Of a stretch of DNA of 27,151 nucleotides, positions 1-7,359 are shown piece after piece; position 1 is the first letter of the stretch, and each line of letters begins with the position of its first letter. The notes beneath the pieces are model-generated. The model was not told the origin of the DNA. It worked only from the letters and a program-made list of their open reading frames with translations, and did not search any database. The stretch is from a virus: the IMG/VR virus record IMGVR_UViG_3300041956_000347. One strand, given 5' to 3'. The position numbers were made by a program, and so were the translations under genes.

Positions 1-127
1 CCTTAGTGTCCGAAATGAACCGGACTACGATTTCAGGGTTACCGGCCATTACTTACGTCTCCGGGCCTCCCGGTTCCGTTGGCGTATCTCTCGGTTGGCG
101 TATTCGATGAACGCCCGCCGTTCGGCG
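1..127. repeat. Terminal direct repeat, copy 1 (identical to 27025..27151); circular-assembly overlap. Positions 1..49 (-) duplicate the first 49 nt of the tape-measure gene
   Basis: Base-by-base comparison shows 1-127 = 27025-27151. The repeat spans the TMP start codon and its upstream ORF, so it is not a plausible physical genome end. Confidence 0.95.
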
Positions 128-159
128 GCGGAGAGGGCGTCTACGTCCCTGGGTGTCAT
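49..159 (-). CDS. 36-codon gpT-like ORF, or a -1 frameshift extension of the tail assembly chaperone
   Basis: ATG (159-157) overlaps the chaperone TGA (158-156) as ATGA. TAA (51-49) overlaps the TMP ATG (49-47) as TAATG. Peptide: MTPRDVDALSAAERRAFIEYANREIRQRNREARRRK. The frame is also reachable by a -1 slip on GGGGGA just before the stop. Below the 60-aa cut-off of the ORF track. Confidence 0.45.
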   Translation of the reverse strand: MTPRDVDALSAAERRAFIEYANREIRQRNREARRRK

Positions 160-494
160 CCCCCAGAATCGGCAGAATGCGGCGAGCTCTCGGAGAGCTC
201 GGGCCTCGTAGGGTCCGGTTCCTCGATAGCGATACGGATTACTACGTCGTCCATATCATCGAGGGCCACCTCATAGCCGTCCCGGCGGAGCATGAGCCAG
301 GCGGAGACCACGAATTTTTCATCGTCCGCCTCGTCCGCGGTGATGGAGCTCCAGGAGCGGCCGAACGTCTCTCGGACCATTCGGAGCTCTCGGGGCGTAA
401 ACGCCACCTCGAGCTCGTCCGCCCGGAGGAGAACCTCCGCGGGGAGCGGCCGGCTACTCGGGCTCGAGCTAAAGGTTTTCAGGGGCTCGGCCAA
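156..494 (-). CDS. Tail assembly chaperone (gpG-like)
   Basis: 112-aa acidic protein immediately upstream of the tape measure, the typical G position. The start in the track is TTG (494), so the start is uncertain. Confidence 0.6.
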   Translation of the reverse strand: MAEPLKTFSSSPSSRPLPAEVLLRADELEVAFTPRELRMVRETFGRSWSSITADEADDEKFVVSAWLMLRRDGYEVALDDMDDVVIRIAIEEPDPTRPELSESSPHSADSGG

Positions 495-868
495 TTCATG
501 GCTCCTATCTCTCGTCTGGCCGCCTTTTCGCCGGCGACCACTAGGAGCGGCTCCGAGTCCATGGCGGCGGGGTAGAGGAAATTTCCGGTGGGGTTATGCG
601 GCCATCCGCGGCCGCCGTACTCCTCGTATTGGGCGTAGGGGACGCCATCGCCCATTCCTACGAGGGCGTTTCCGCCTCGTTCCTGGGTGGTGACGGAGGC
701 GGCGGTTCGGCCGGTGCGACGGTGGAGGGAGCCTCGAACCTTGGCGGCGGCCTGGTCCGCCACGCCGAGAAACTCTTTCCCGGCCTCGTCATCGATTCGA
801 TGGGCCAGGGTCAGAGTGCCGGCGAATAGCTCGGCGAATCCCTCCACCTCTACGCGGTCCCCGGCCAC
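479..868 (-). CDS. HK97 gp10-family head-tail/tail-completion protein
   Basis: Motifs ...HRRTGRTAASV...GDGVPYAQYEEYGG...NFLYPA match the gp10-family pattern as I recall it. GTG start lies directly after the upstream TAG. Confidence 0.65.
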   Translation of the reverse strand: MAGDRVEVEGFAELFAGTLTLAHRIDDEAGKEFLGVADQAAAKVRGSLHRRTGRTAASVTTQERGGNALVGMGDGVPYAQYEEYGGRGWPHNPTGNFLYPAAMDSEPLLVVAGEKAARREIGAMNWPSP

Positions 869-1381
869 CTAGGCGGCTTTCTTGGCGGTGTCCTCGCCTC
901 GCATAGCGGCCGCGGTGGGCGTCGTAATGTGCTTTACCGGCGGGGCGTCCAGGCTCCACTCGAGCTCCACCTCGGAGGCGTCCCCGGCGTCCCCGTTAAT
1001 GGGGGAGTACGGCTGGGGGATGACGTTCCCGGTCCAAACGGGGTTATCGTCGCCCACCGGAATCCCCTTGTAGCCCTGGACGGCGAATGGGATGGCGGCG
1101 CCGCCGGCGGCCTCGGAGGCGGCGAGGGCCTGGGAGAGAACGTCCTCGGTGGCGTCCGTATCGAAGGACTGTACGAGGGTGGCTACGAGGGACCATTTCA
1201 CGGTTCCCGGATAGTCCTTCGAGCCGCACATCGTATCCACGGTGGTAGTGGAGACGTCCGGCGAGAGCTCGATATGGGAGGTAACGCAGGCGAGCTCCTT
1301 TAGGGCGGCGTAGGCGTCGGACGGGGTGACGCCGAGCTTAAGGCTCGCATCCGTCAAAATCAGAGGCTTGGGTTCGGCCAT
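869..1381 (-). CDS. Major tail (tube) protein, 170 aa. The track ORF 869..1471 is trimmed to the internal ATG
   Basis: ATG at 1381 is preceded by TAGGAGGAGAACC (strong SD). It is the only tube-sized protein between capsid and TMP. Sequence pattern (KLGVTP...VTSHIELSPDV...CGSKDYPG..W.L) resembles actinophage tail tube proteins. Confidence 0.55.
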   Translation of the reverse strand: MAEPKPLILTDASLKLGVTPSDAYAALKELACVTSHIELSPDVSTTTVDTMCGSKDYPGTVKWSLVATLVQSFDTDATEDVLSQALAASEAAGGAAIPFAVQGYKGIPVGDDNPVWTGNVIPQPYSPINGDAGDASEVELEWSLDAPPVKHITTPTAAAMRGEDTAKKAA

Positions 1382-1391
1382 GGTTCTCCTC

Positions 1392-1796
1392 CTAGAGGGT
1401 GACGGGAACGCGGAAAACCATCCGGGCTCCGAGGTATGGGACGCCGCCGATATCGAACCGGCGTGGCGCATAGAAGGAATCCGGCGGCCAGGCGTTCTCG
1501 TCCTGGGTTAGCCGGCCGATGGTGAACGAAACGAGCTCCTCGAGCCTGGTCATTCCGGGGCCCGGTTCTACTCTCGAGGCCACGGCGAGAACCTCGAACC
1601 TGGCCTCCCAGAGGCCATAACCGTTCCCCATTCCCACGCTCTGGGCCTCGAGGAACGGGTCCGTCCAGAGGAGGAGGAGCGCCGGCGGGTGGAGGGCGTC
1701 CACGACGTCTAGGAGAACCTCGGGGTCCGAGTCGGCGGCCGGCTCGAGGGCGGCGGCGGCCGCGGCCCTCACCTCCTCGAGGCGGAGGGCTCCCAT
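1392..1796 (-). CDS. Neck protein (tail-terminator or head-closure-like), 134 aa
   Basis: ATG at 1796 overlaps the upstream TAA (TAATG). Sits between adaptor and tube. The N-terminal extension in the track ORF (to 1931) is R/P-rich shadow sequence. Confidence 0.45.
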   Translation of the reverse strand: MGALRLEEVRAAAAAALEPAADSDPEVLLDVVDALHPPALLLLWTDPFLEAQSVGMGNGYGLWEARFEVLAVASRVEPGPGMTRLEELVSFTIGRLTQDENAWPPDSFYAPRRFDIGGVPYLGARMVFRVPVTL

Positions 1797-2515
1797 TAGG
1801 CGATTCCCCACTGGCGTTTCTGCGGGGTGAGGGTGGCGGCGTGGCGGGCGAATCCGTCCCGCGGCGCCTGGAGGACGCCGGTTTGGTCGAATCCGATTAC
1901 GCCGAACGCGGCATCGTTGGCTTTCCACCATTCCACGCCGCGGAGGAGGTTTACGCGGTTGAGTAGCCCTGTTTCCGGGGACGGGATGGGCTCCTCTACC
2001 TCGGTTACGGTGCCGGCGTCATAGACCACGCCGTCCTCGAGGGCCATGGGGCCGCCGAGGTAGTCCGCGGGGACGAGGACCCAGGAGCCGTTATCCGTTA
2101 CGGCGGCGGTGACGGTGAGGAACGCCTGTTGGCCGTCCCCGGAAATGATGATGGTCCCGCCGGCGGCGAGCTCGAATAGCCCGGACCTATCGTTTCCCTC
2201 CGAGTCCGTTACGGAGAAGGCGAGCTCGGCCACGTTCGCCGGCGAGACCTTATCGGCTCGGAATCCGCCGGGGCCTGGGTCCGCCATAACGTTCGAGGAC
2301 GAGAAAACGAACGGCGCCGAGACGATGACGGAGAGGTGAGTCCCCGGCTCCTCGAGGTACTGGCCGGCGGGGGCCGCCGCTCCCACCGGCCAGTCTATTT
2401 CGTGGTCGATTTCCTCGGCCGCGGCGTCTAGACACCGCTGGAGGGCGTCCTGGTTCTCCGCGGTGACTCGGACGCGGAGGGCCGCGGCGAGTTCCTCAAC
2501 CGTGGCGTAGCTCAC
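1796..2515 (-). CDS. Head-tail adaptor (gp6-like connector) with a large internal insertion, 239 aa
   Basis: N-terminus MSYATVEELAAALRV...DALQRCLDAAAEEID and C-terminus ...LLRGVEWWKANDAAFGV...TPQKRQWGIA look like the two halves of a ~100-aa adaptor. GTG start overlaps the capsid TGA (GTGA). Confidence 0.55.
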   Translation of the reverse strand: MSYATVEELAAALRVRVTAENQDALQRCLDAAAEEIDHEIDWPVGAAAPAGQYLEEPGTHLSVIVSAPFVFSSSNVMADPGPGGFRADKVSPANVAELAFSVTDSEGNDRSGLFELAAGGTIIISGDGQQAFLTVTAAVTDNGSWVLVPADYLGGPMALEDGVVYDAGTVTEVEEPIPSPETGLLNRVNLLRGVEWWKANDAAFGVIGFDQTGVLQAPRDGFARHAATLTPQKRQWGIA

Positions 2516-3783
2516 TTCTTAGCCGTACCTCCAGCCTCGGCGAACGCCATCGGCGGGACGGTGATTTTCCCGGCGGCCGCCGGCTCCATGAGCTCGGCGG
2601 CGAACGCTCCGACTACGCCCACCTCGAAACCGGCGATGGACGGCTCTACGGCCCGGAGCTCCACCGGGGCGCCGGCCGTCTCGGCGGTGAGGAGGGCCGA
2701 GGAGTCGTAGATGTAGGCGGTCCCGTCGGCGAGGCTGGGCGAGATAACGAGGTTGAATCCGCCCACGTTCCCAGAGCCGGAGGTGAGGCTCCCGGAGCCG
2801 GCCGAGGCCAGAAAAACCGGGGAGACGTTCCCCACGAACGCCAGGAGGGAGTAGCCATCGGCCACGCTCATCCCGAGGGTGTCCGGCCGCCGGCGTGTAT
2901 CGGTGTAGATAGCCGCGGCGACGTCGGCGGCGGCGGCCAGGAATTTCGCCAGGTCCACCGGAGCGGTGATGACAACGGGGGCGGCTGGAGCGGTGGCGAG
3001 CTCGGCGGCGGTGGCGTTCTCCGTCTGGGCGGCGTATGCCTCGGCCGCCAGGTCGAACCAGAGGGAGAGGGCGTCCGGATTGGACCACGCAATGTCCTGC
3101 CATGAGAGGTCCCCGGCGCCGCCGTAGACCTTGGCCGTTGCCTCCACCATGGCCACGGTCATTTTCTGCGAGGGGAGCTCGGTTTTCTCGGCCGTTTGCT
3201 CGCCGACGATGGGCCTCTGGGTGATTTTCGGATAGGTGACCTTCCCGGCGGTGAGGCCGATTTGGCGGCTCGCCTGGACGAGTGGCCTCGCCTTGTCGAT
3301 TACATCGATGATTTGGGCGAGGTGCTGGTTCGGCAGGAGCCCAGGGATATCGGCCGTGAGCGTGTTGGCTACGGCCCTGGTGAGGCGTTCCTGGGCCTGT
3401 TCTCGAGCTCCGGGGCCGGCCCGGTTGGCGATTTTGTCAAACCGGCAAATGAGCTCGTCGCGGGCGAACTGGGCGAACGTCCGGTAGACGGCCTCCTCCG
3501 GCGCTGGGGACGCCGCTGAGGGCGCCGGAGGCGCCGCGGGGAGTCCGGGCCTGGTGAGGACGGTCCGGGCGTCTCTGGCCCTCTCACGGGCCTCCTCGAG
3601 GTCTAGGAGCTCGCCGATTTGCGGCTCGAGCTCCTCGAGGCGGGCCCTCTGGCGGGTGATGAGTTCCCGTTCGGAGTCGGACGGGTCTCTCTCCTCGGAC
3701 TCGGCGGCGCCGAGGATGGAATCGATGGCCTCGTTTACCTGCTCTCGTTCGCTAACGAGACGCTGGAGAACGGCGTTCGGCAT
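2512..3783 (-). CDS. Major capsid protein, HK97 fold, with N-terminal coiled-coil (delta/scaffold-like) domain
   Basis: 423 aa with a charged coiled-coil N-terminus followed by a typical MCP body (YPKITQRP...GDLSWQDIAWSNP...). SD GGAGGGA lies 8 nt upstream of the ATG. Follows the protease. Confidence 0.85.
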   Translation of the reverse strand: MPNAVLQRLVSEREQVNEAIDSILGAAESEERDPSDSERELITRQRARLEELEPQIGELLDLEEARERARDARTVLTRPGLPAAPPAPSAASPAPEEAVYRTFAQFARDELICRFDKIANRAGPGAREQAQERLTRAVANTLTADIPGLLPNQHLAQIIDVIDKARPLVQASRQIGLTAGKVTYPKITQRPIVGEQTAEKTELPSQKMTVAMVEATAKVYGGAGDLSWQDIAWSNPDALSLWFDLAAEAYAAQTENATAAELATAPAAPVVITAPVDLAKFLAAAADVAAAIYTDTRRRPDTLGMSVADGYSLLAFVGNVSPVFLASAGSGSLTSGSGNVGGFNLVISPSLADGTAYIYDSSALLTAETAGAPVELRAVEPSIAGFEVGVVGAFAAELMEPAAAGKITVPPMAFAEAGGTAKK

Positions 3784-3817
3784 TCCCGTAATCCCTCCAT
3801 CCGTTACTAGTGGGCTA

Positions 3818-3905
3818 CGGGGTGCCGGTGGCTAGGGCGCCGGCCGCGGAGGTGTCCGAGTTCTACCGGGGGTGTCCGCTGTTGGCCCTGGTATCCGGGG
3901 TGCCG
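3818..3905. repeat. Repeated GG(G)TG(T)CCG motifs in the 159-nt protease-capsid intergenic region
   Basis: CGGGGTGCCG at 3818-3827 and 3896-3905 (perfect 10-mers). GGTGTCCG at 3851-58 and 3871-78. GTTCTA occurs twice. Confidence 0.8.
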
Positions 3906-3942
3906 TTCTAGGCGGCGAGGATACGCCTCCGGCTCTGGGCCG

Positions 3943-4536
3943 TCAAACCCTCCTCACCTCGATCCCCACGGCCCGGAGCCGCTCGAGGTGAGGCTCCGGC
4001 GGCGGCTCTGGGAGCTCGAGCTCCCGGCGGAGGACGGTGGCGGAGCGAACCTGGGTGATGACGGCCCGGTCATACGCCGGCCGCCGGCAGAGGGAAACCT
4101 CCTCGAGGTGGCAGAGGTCCCGGACGATGGTTCCCTCCGCGGTTCGTTTCGGCGTCCCTCGGCGGAGCGGAACGAATCCCACGGAGAGCCCTGGGAGGAC
4201 GCCCTCCTCGATGAGCTCGAGGGCGTGGTCTCCGATGGGCCCGCCGAATACGCGGAACGAGCCGTAGAGGCCGGACGCCTCCTCGGAGAGCTCGAGGGCT
4301 CGGCCCACAATGTCCGTGAGGCCGTCGCGGTGCTCGAACCGGAGCTCTATCCGGGCCGGCGCTTTGAGGTTCCTGGTGAACGCTCCCACCTCGAAAACCT
4401 CGTAGTAGCGGCCGCGGCCGTCGTCTACCTCGGCGGCCTCCCCGTAGGGGACGGCGCATCCCTCGAGCGTTCGGCCGTCCGAGCTCCGTTCGAGCCGGAG
4501 CGGGAATGTCCGGTGGAGAATCTCCTCGGTGGTCAT
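3943..4536 (-). CDS. Prohead maturation protease (HK97/S78-like), 197 aa. The track ORF 3943..4956 is trimmed
   Basis: MTTEEILHRTFPL...GCAVPYGE...FEHRD...GLSVGF pattern. ATG 4536 overlaps the portal TGA (ATGA). Confidence 0.85.
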   Translation of the reverse strand: MTTEEILHRTFPLRLERSSDGRTLEGCAVPYGEAAEVDDGRGRYYEVFEVGAFTRNLKAPARIELRFEHRDGLTDIVGRALELSEEASGLYGSFRVFGGPIGDHALELIEEGVLPGLSVGFVPLRRGTPKRTAEGTIVRDLCHLEEVSLCRRPAYDRAVITQVRSATVLRRELELPEPPPEPHLERLRAVGIEVRRV

Positions 4537-5726
4537 CCGCGTATCACCTCCAGAGCGGGTGGCGCCGGCGCCGGCTGGGTCTCCGAGGTTTTGGCGCCTG
4601 GCGGTTCGTCGATGAGCTCGAGGGCCTCGCCGGCCTCGAGCGGTGGGAGGTCTAGGACGGCGGCCCGAACCTCGTTCTCGGTTACCACGCCTTTCTCGAG
4701 GAGCCCGGTCCAAACCTCCGCCTCGGTTTTGAGGTCTGGCCGGAGGAGAATCGAGGGGTCGAATTCCACCCAGGAGCCGCGGGGGAGCCAGGTGGAGAGG
4801 TGGGCGGCGATTCGGTGGGCGGATGGGTAGAGCTCCGTCCGCCACCAGGTCCCGAATAGCATTTCGGGGTTCGAGTAGTTCAGGCCGCCCGCTTGCTCCA
4901 TATTCAGCATGAACGCGGGAACGCCGAACGCCGCGGCTATCTGTTTCGAGTCCCATTCCCTCGTCTCGATTAGGGCCAGGTCCTTCGGATTAAACGCAAA
5001 TTCCTTGTAGGAGACGTCGGGCGGAATGACGGCCGGCGCCGCTCCTCGAGCGGCGGCCCTCGCCATCCACTGGCCCTGGAGCTCGGCCGCCTGCTCGGCG
5101 CTTAGCCGGCGGGCCGGCTGGAGGACGGCCCAGGGGATACCGCCGTTCGAGAACGTCTCGGCGGCGAACGATTCGGCGGCGGCCGCGGAGGCCACGTTCC
5201 CGGCGTAGCCCTCGAGGGCGGAGGTGCCGCGGAGGGCGCCGGTGGGGTTCCTCGAGATTTGGAGGACGTCCTCCTCCGGGAGGTAGCCGTCCGAGAGCCG
5301 GTAGCGGCGGCCGCCGCCTGGCGCCGCCTCCACGGTGACGGCGGCGGGGTCCACGACGGTGAACGTCTGGGGGTATCCCGTCTCGTAGCGGGAGGTGGCC
5401 CAAAGGAAAGCGTCCCCCCAGGCGTACATTCCGAAAACCGCTGCAAATACGGCGGAACCGATGCCGCCGGGGAACCATATGGGGTCTGGGTTCGAGACCC
5501 AGAGCGGCTCGTAGCCGCCACGGAACCGGAGCGGGAGCGTCGAGATTTGCTGGGCCACTAGCTGGAGGCATCGGGCCACGGTTCCGACTTTGGCCGCCAG
5601 GTACGGCGAGGCCCATAGCCCAGTCTCGAGGTAATAGCTAATCGAGGTGGGGTGGAGGCCGGCTAGGTCCGGGTCGAGAACGCTAGGCGCCGGTAGTGCA
5701 CGGCGCCGGAGGCGTGGACGGCGCAC
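4533..5726 (-). CDS. Portal protein (HK97 family)
   Basis: 397 aa with portal-like motifs (CLQLVAQQISTLPL..., FGVPAFMLN..., LLEKGVVTENEVR). GTG start at 5726 has tandem GGAAAGGTG SD-like units upstream. Confidence 0.9.
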   Translation of the reverse strand: MRRPRLRRRALPAPSVLDPDLAGLHPTSISYYLETGLWASPYLAAKVGTVARCLQLVAQQISTLPLRFRGGYEPLWVSNPDPIWFPGGIGSAVFAAVFGMYAWGDAFLWATSRYETGYPQTFTVVDPAAVTVEAAPGGGRRYRLSDGYLPEEDVLQISRNPTGALRGTSALEGYAGNVASAAAAESFAAETFSNGGIPWAVLQPARRLSAEQAAELQGQWMARAAARGAAPAVIPPDVSYKEFAFNPKDLALIETREWDSKQIAAAFGVPAFMLNMEQAGGLNYSNPEMLFGTWWRTELYPSAHRIAAHLSTWLPRGSWVEFDPSILLRPDLKTEAEVWTGLLEKGVVTENEVRAAVLDLPPLEAGEALELIDEPPGAKTSETQPAPAPPALEVIRG

Positions 5727-5728
5727 CG

Positions 5729-5738
5729 CTCGAGGCTA
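5729..5738. repeat. Left arm of a 9/10 inverted repeat bracketing terL (CTCGAGGCTA)
   Basis: Reverse complement of 7221-7230 (TATCCTCGAG) is CTCGAGGATA. CTCGAG is common in this genome, so this may be chance. Confidence 0.35.
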
Positions 5739-5739
5739 C

Positions 5740-5757
5740 CACCTTTCCCACCTTTCC
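5740..5757. repeat. Perfect tandem repeat CACCTTTCC x2 in the 39-bp portal/terL divergent spacer
   Basis: Read directly at 5740-5748 and 5749-5757. On the minus strand this is GGAAAGGTG x2. Confidence 0.9.
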
Positions 5758-5765
5758 GATAGAGA

Positions 5766-7214
5766 ATGCGAGGAATGGCCTGGCAGACGGTTGACCGCTC
5801 CCTCTCGGCCAAGGGCCCGAAACGGGACCTCCGGCTTATCGAGACGCCGCCATGGGTTGGCTGGCGAACGAAATCGGAGAGCGCCAGGGCGATTCGCTGG
5901 GTGGAGAAATACCTCCCGGTCCCGGTTGGCCACGGCGCCGGCGAACCGATGAAACTCGCCGGTTTCCAGCGGGAAATCATCCGAACGCTCTACGATTCCC
6001 TCGCTACGTTCGTCTCGATTCCGGCGGCGAACGGGAAATCCACGCTCCTTGCCGGCGCCGCCATCGAACGGCTCTGCCGAGGGGACGCCTACGCCGAGGT
6101 GGACGTCCTCGCCACGAAACGAGAACAGGCCGCCATCGTGGTAGAGACGGCGAAACGGTTCGTCGAGCTCTCGCCGATGCTCGCCGAGCTCTGCGTCTGG
6201 TACGCCAACCCTGGCATCCTCGAGTTTCGGCCCACCGGCTCGAGGCTCGCCGCCCATCCCGCCAGGCTCTCGAGCCTCCAGGGCCTAAATTTCTCGCTCG
6301 CCATCGTGGACGAGGTGGGGTTCTCCGCCGATGAGCTCATCGAGGCCCTGATAGCTCGCCTCGCCAAACGCCCGGACGCCCGCCTCATCGGCATCGGGAC
6401 CCCAGGGTTCGAGCCGAATATCCTCCACCGAATCCGGGAGGAGCATCTAGCCGGCGAGCTCCCCAGCGGCGTCTCCTATCTCGAATGGTCGGCGCCCGCC
6501 GGCGCCGAGCTCATGGACCGCCGAGCGTGGCGCCAGGCGAATCCGGGGATAGCCGCCGGCTTTATGAACGAGACGGCCCTCGGCGTCCAGGCGGAGCTCA
6601 TGCCGGAGGCCACGTTCCGGACCTACCACCTCGGCCAATGGGTGGAACAGGCCGCCGGATGGCTCCCGCCCGGAGCGTGGGCGGCCTGTCCCATGGCGCC
6701 ATCGCCGCCGGACGGCGCCGAGGTGGTTATCGCCGTCTGGGGAACCTACAAACGGACCTTGGCTATCGAGGCGGCCGCCCTGGACGGCTCCGTTTTCCAC
6801 GTTTGGGCGGCCGAGGCTCCCTCCGACGAACAGGTGGCCCGCGTCCTCGAGCTCTGCCTGGACCGCTGGGAGGTCCGCGAAATCACCTATCCCTCGAGGA
6901 TTCGGAGCCGCCTGTTCGGCGAGCTCGGCCGCCAGGGAATGCCGCTCGAGCCGTGGGGCGGCGGCGCCGAGCTCGAGGCCCAGTCGGCGAACGAGCTCTA
7001 CCGGGCCGTCCTCGAGGGCCGGATAGCCCACGACCACGACGGCCTAGTGGAAACGCATATGGACTCGGTGGCCGCCCGAACCGCGGTGGACGGTTCCCTC
7101 CGCCTCTCCCAACCCGAGGACGGCCGGCCCACCGATGCGGCGTTCGCCGTCCGGGCGGCGTGGTGGCGGGCGTTCGAGCTCGCCGGCGAACCGGGGGCCC
7201 TCGCCATTTACTAG
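5766..7214 (+). CDS. terL: Terminase large subunit
   Basis: 482 aa. Walker A-like PAANGKST, Walker B-like LAIVDEVG, and a C-terminal nuclease-like region. It is on the opposite strand to every other structural gene. Confidence 0.9.
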   Translation: MRGMAWQTVDRSLSAKGPKRDLRLIETPPWVGWRTKSESARAIRWVEKYLPVPVGHGAGEPMKLAGFQREIIRTLYDSLATFVSIPAANGKSTLLAGAAIERLCRGDAYAEVDVLATKREQAAIVVETAKRFVELSPMLAELCVWYANPGILEFRPTGSRLAAHPARLSSLQGLNFSLAIVDEVGFSADELIEALIARLAKRPDARLIGIGTPGFEPNILHRIREEHLAGELPSGVSYLEWSAPAGAELMDRRAWRQANPGIAAGFMNETALGVQAELMPEATFRTYHLGQWVEQAAGWLPPGAWAACPMAPSPPDGAEVVIAVWGTYKRTLAIEAAALDGSVFHVWAAEAPSDEQVARVLELCLDRWEVREITYPSRIRSRLFGELGRQGMPLEPWGGGAELEAQSANELYRAVLEGRIAHDHDGLVETHMDSVAARTAVDGSLRLSQPEDGRPTDAAFAVRAAWWRAFELAGEPGALAIY

Positions 7215-7220
7215 CGGGTC

Positions 7221-7230
7221 TATCCTCGAG
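7221..7230. repeat. Right arm of the inverted repeat bracketing terL (TATCCTCGAG)
   Basis: See 5729-5738. Lies 7 nt after the terL TAG. Confidence 0.35.
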
Positions 7231-7231
7231 G

Positions 7232-7318
7232 GGAGCGGCGCCGCGGGCCCTCCGCATATCTCCCCAGGGCCCTAAGCGTGGGCGTCGGCCGCGGCTAACC
7301 CATCGCCGGCGCCGCTCC
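7232..7318. repeat. Nested dyad-symmetry element downstream of terL
   Basis: 12-bp perfect inverted repeat GGAGCGGCGCCG (7232-7243) / CGGCGCCGCTCC (7307-7318). It encloses a 7-bp stem GGGCCCT (7245-7251) / AGGGCCC (7266-7272) and the palindrome GCCGCGGC (7288-7295). Confidence 0.8.
7245..7272 (+). terminator. Possible terL terminator hairpin (GC stem, no U-tract)
   Basis: 7-bp GC-rich stem with a 14-nt loop, 31 nt after the terL stop. No T-run follows, so the call is weak. Confidence 0.25.
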
Positions 7319-7359
7319 TCGTCCGGCCGGATTCTCCCCCATGGCCGGAGCTCGAACCA

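Noticed and set aside
1-127. The terminal repeat as a genuine virion direct terminal repeat
   Set aside because: The repeat contains the tape-measure start codon and the upstream gpT-like ORF. Its 127-nt length is also the size of a common assembler k-mer overlap. A circular-assembly artefact is far more likely, though only read-terminus analysis can settle the real ends.
3988-4830. 280-aa plus-strand ORF. Similar long antisense ORFs are 17073..18143 (+), 6485..7375 (+), 6447..7037 (-), 21221..22057 (+) and 9930..10611 (+)
   Set aside because: Each is antisense to, or out of frame with, genes that have recognisable products (protease/portal, lysin, terL, fibre). They have Arg/Pro/Gly-rich low-complexity translations and lack SD sequences.
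3943-4956. Long N-terminal extensions in track ORFs (3943..4956, 11248..12567, 9928..10488, 12270..13094, 869..1471, 1392..1931, 21119..22042, 19647..20045)
   Set aside because: The extensions overlap the upstream gene and are R/P-rich. Each has an internal ATG/GTG that forms an ATGA/GTGA/TAATG junction or follows a strong SD. I trimmed the calls to those starts.
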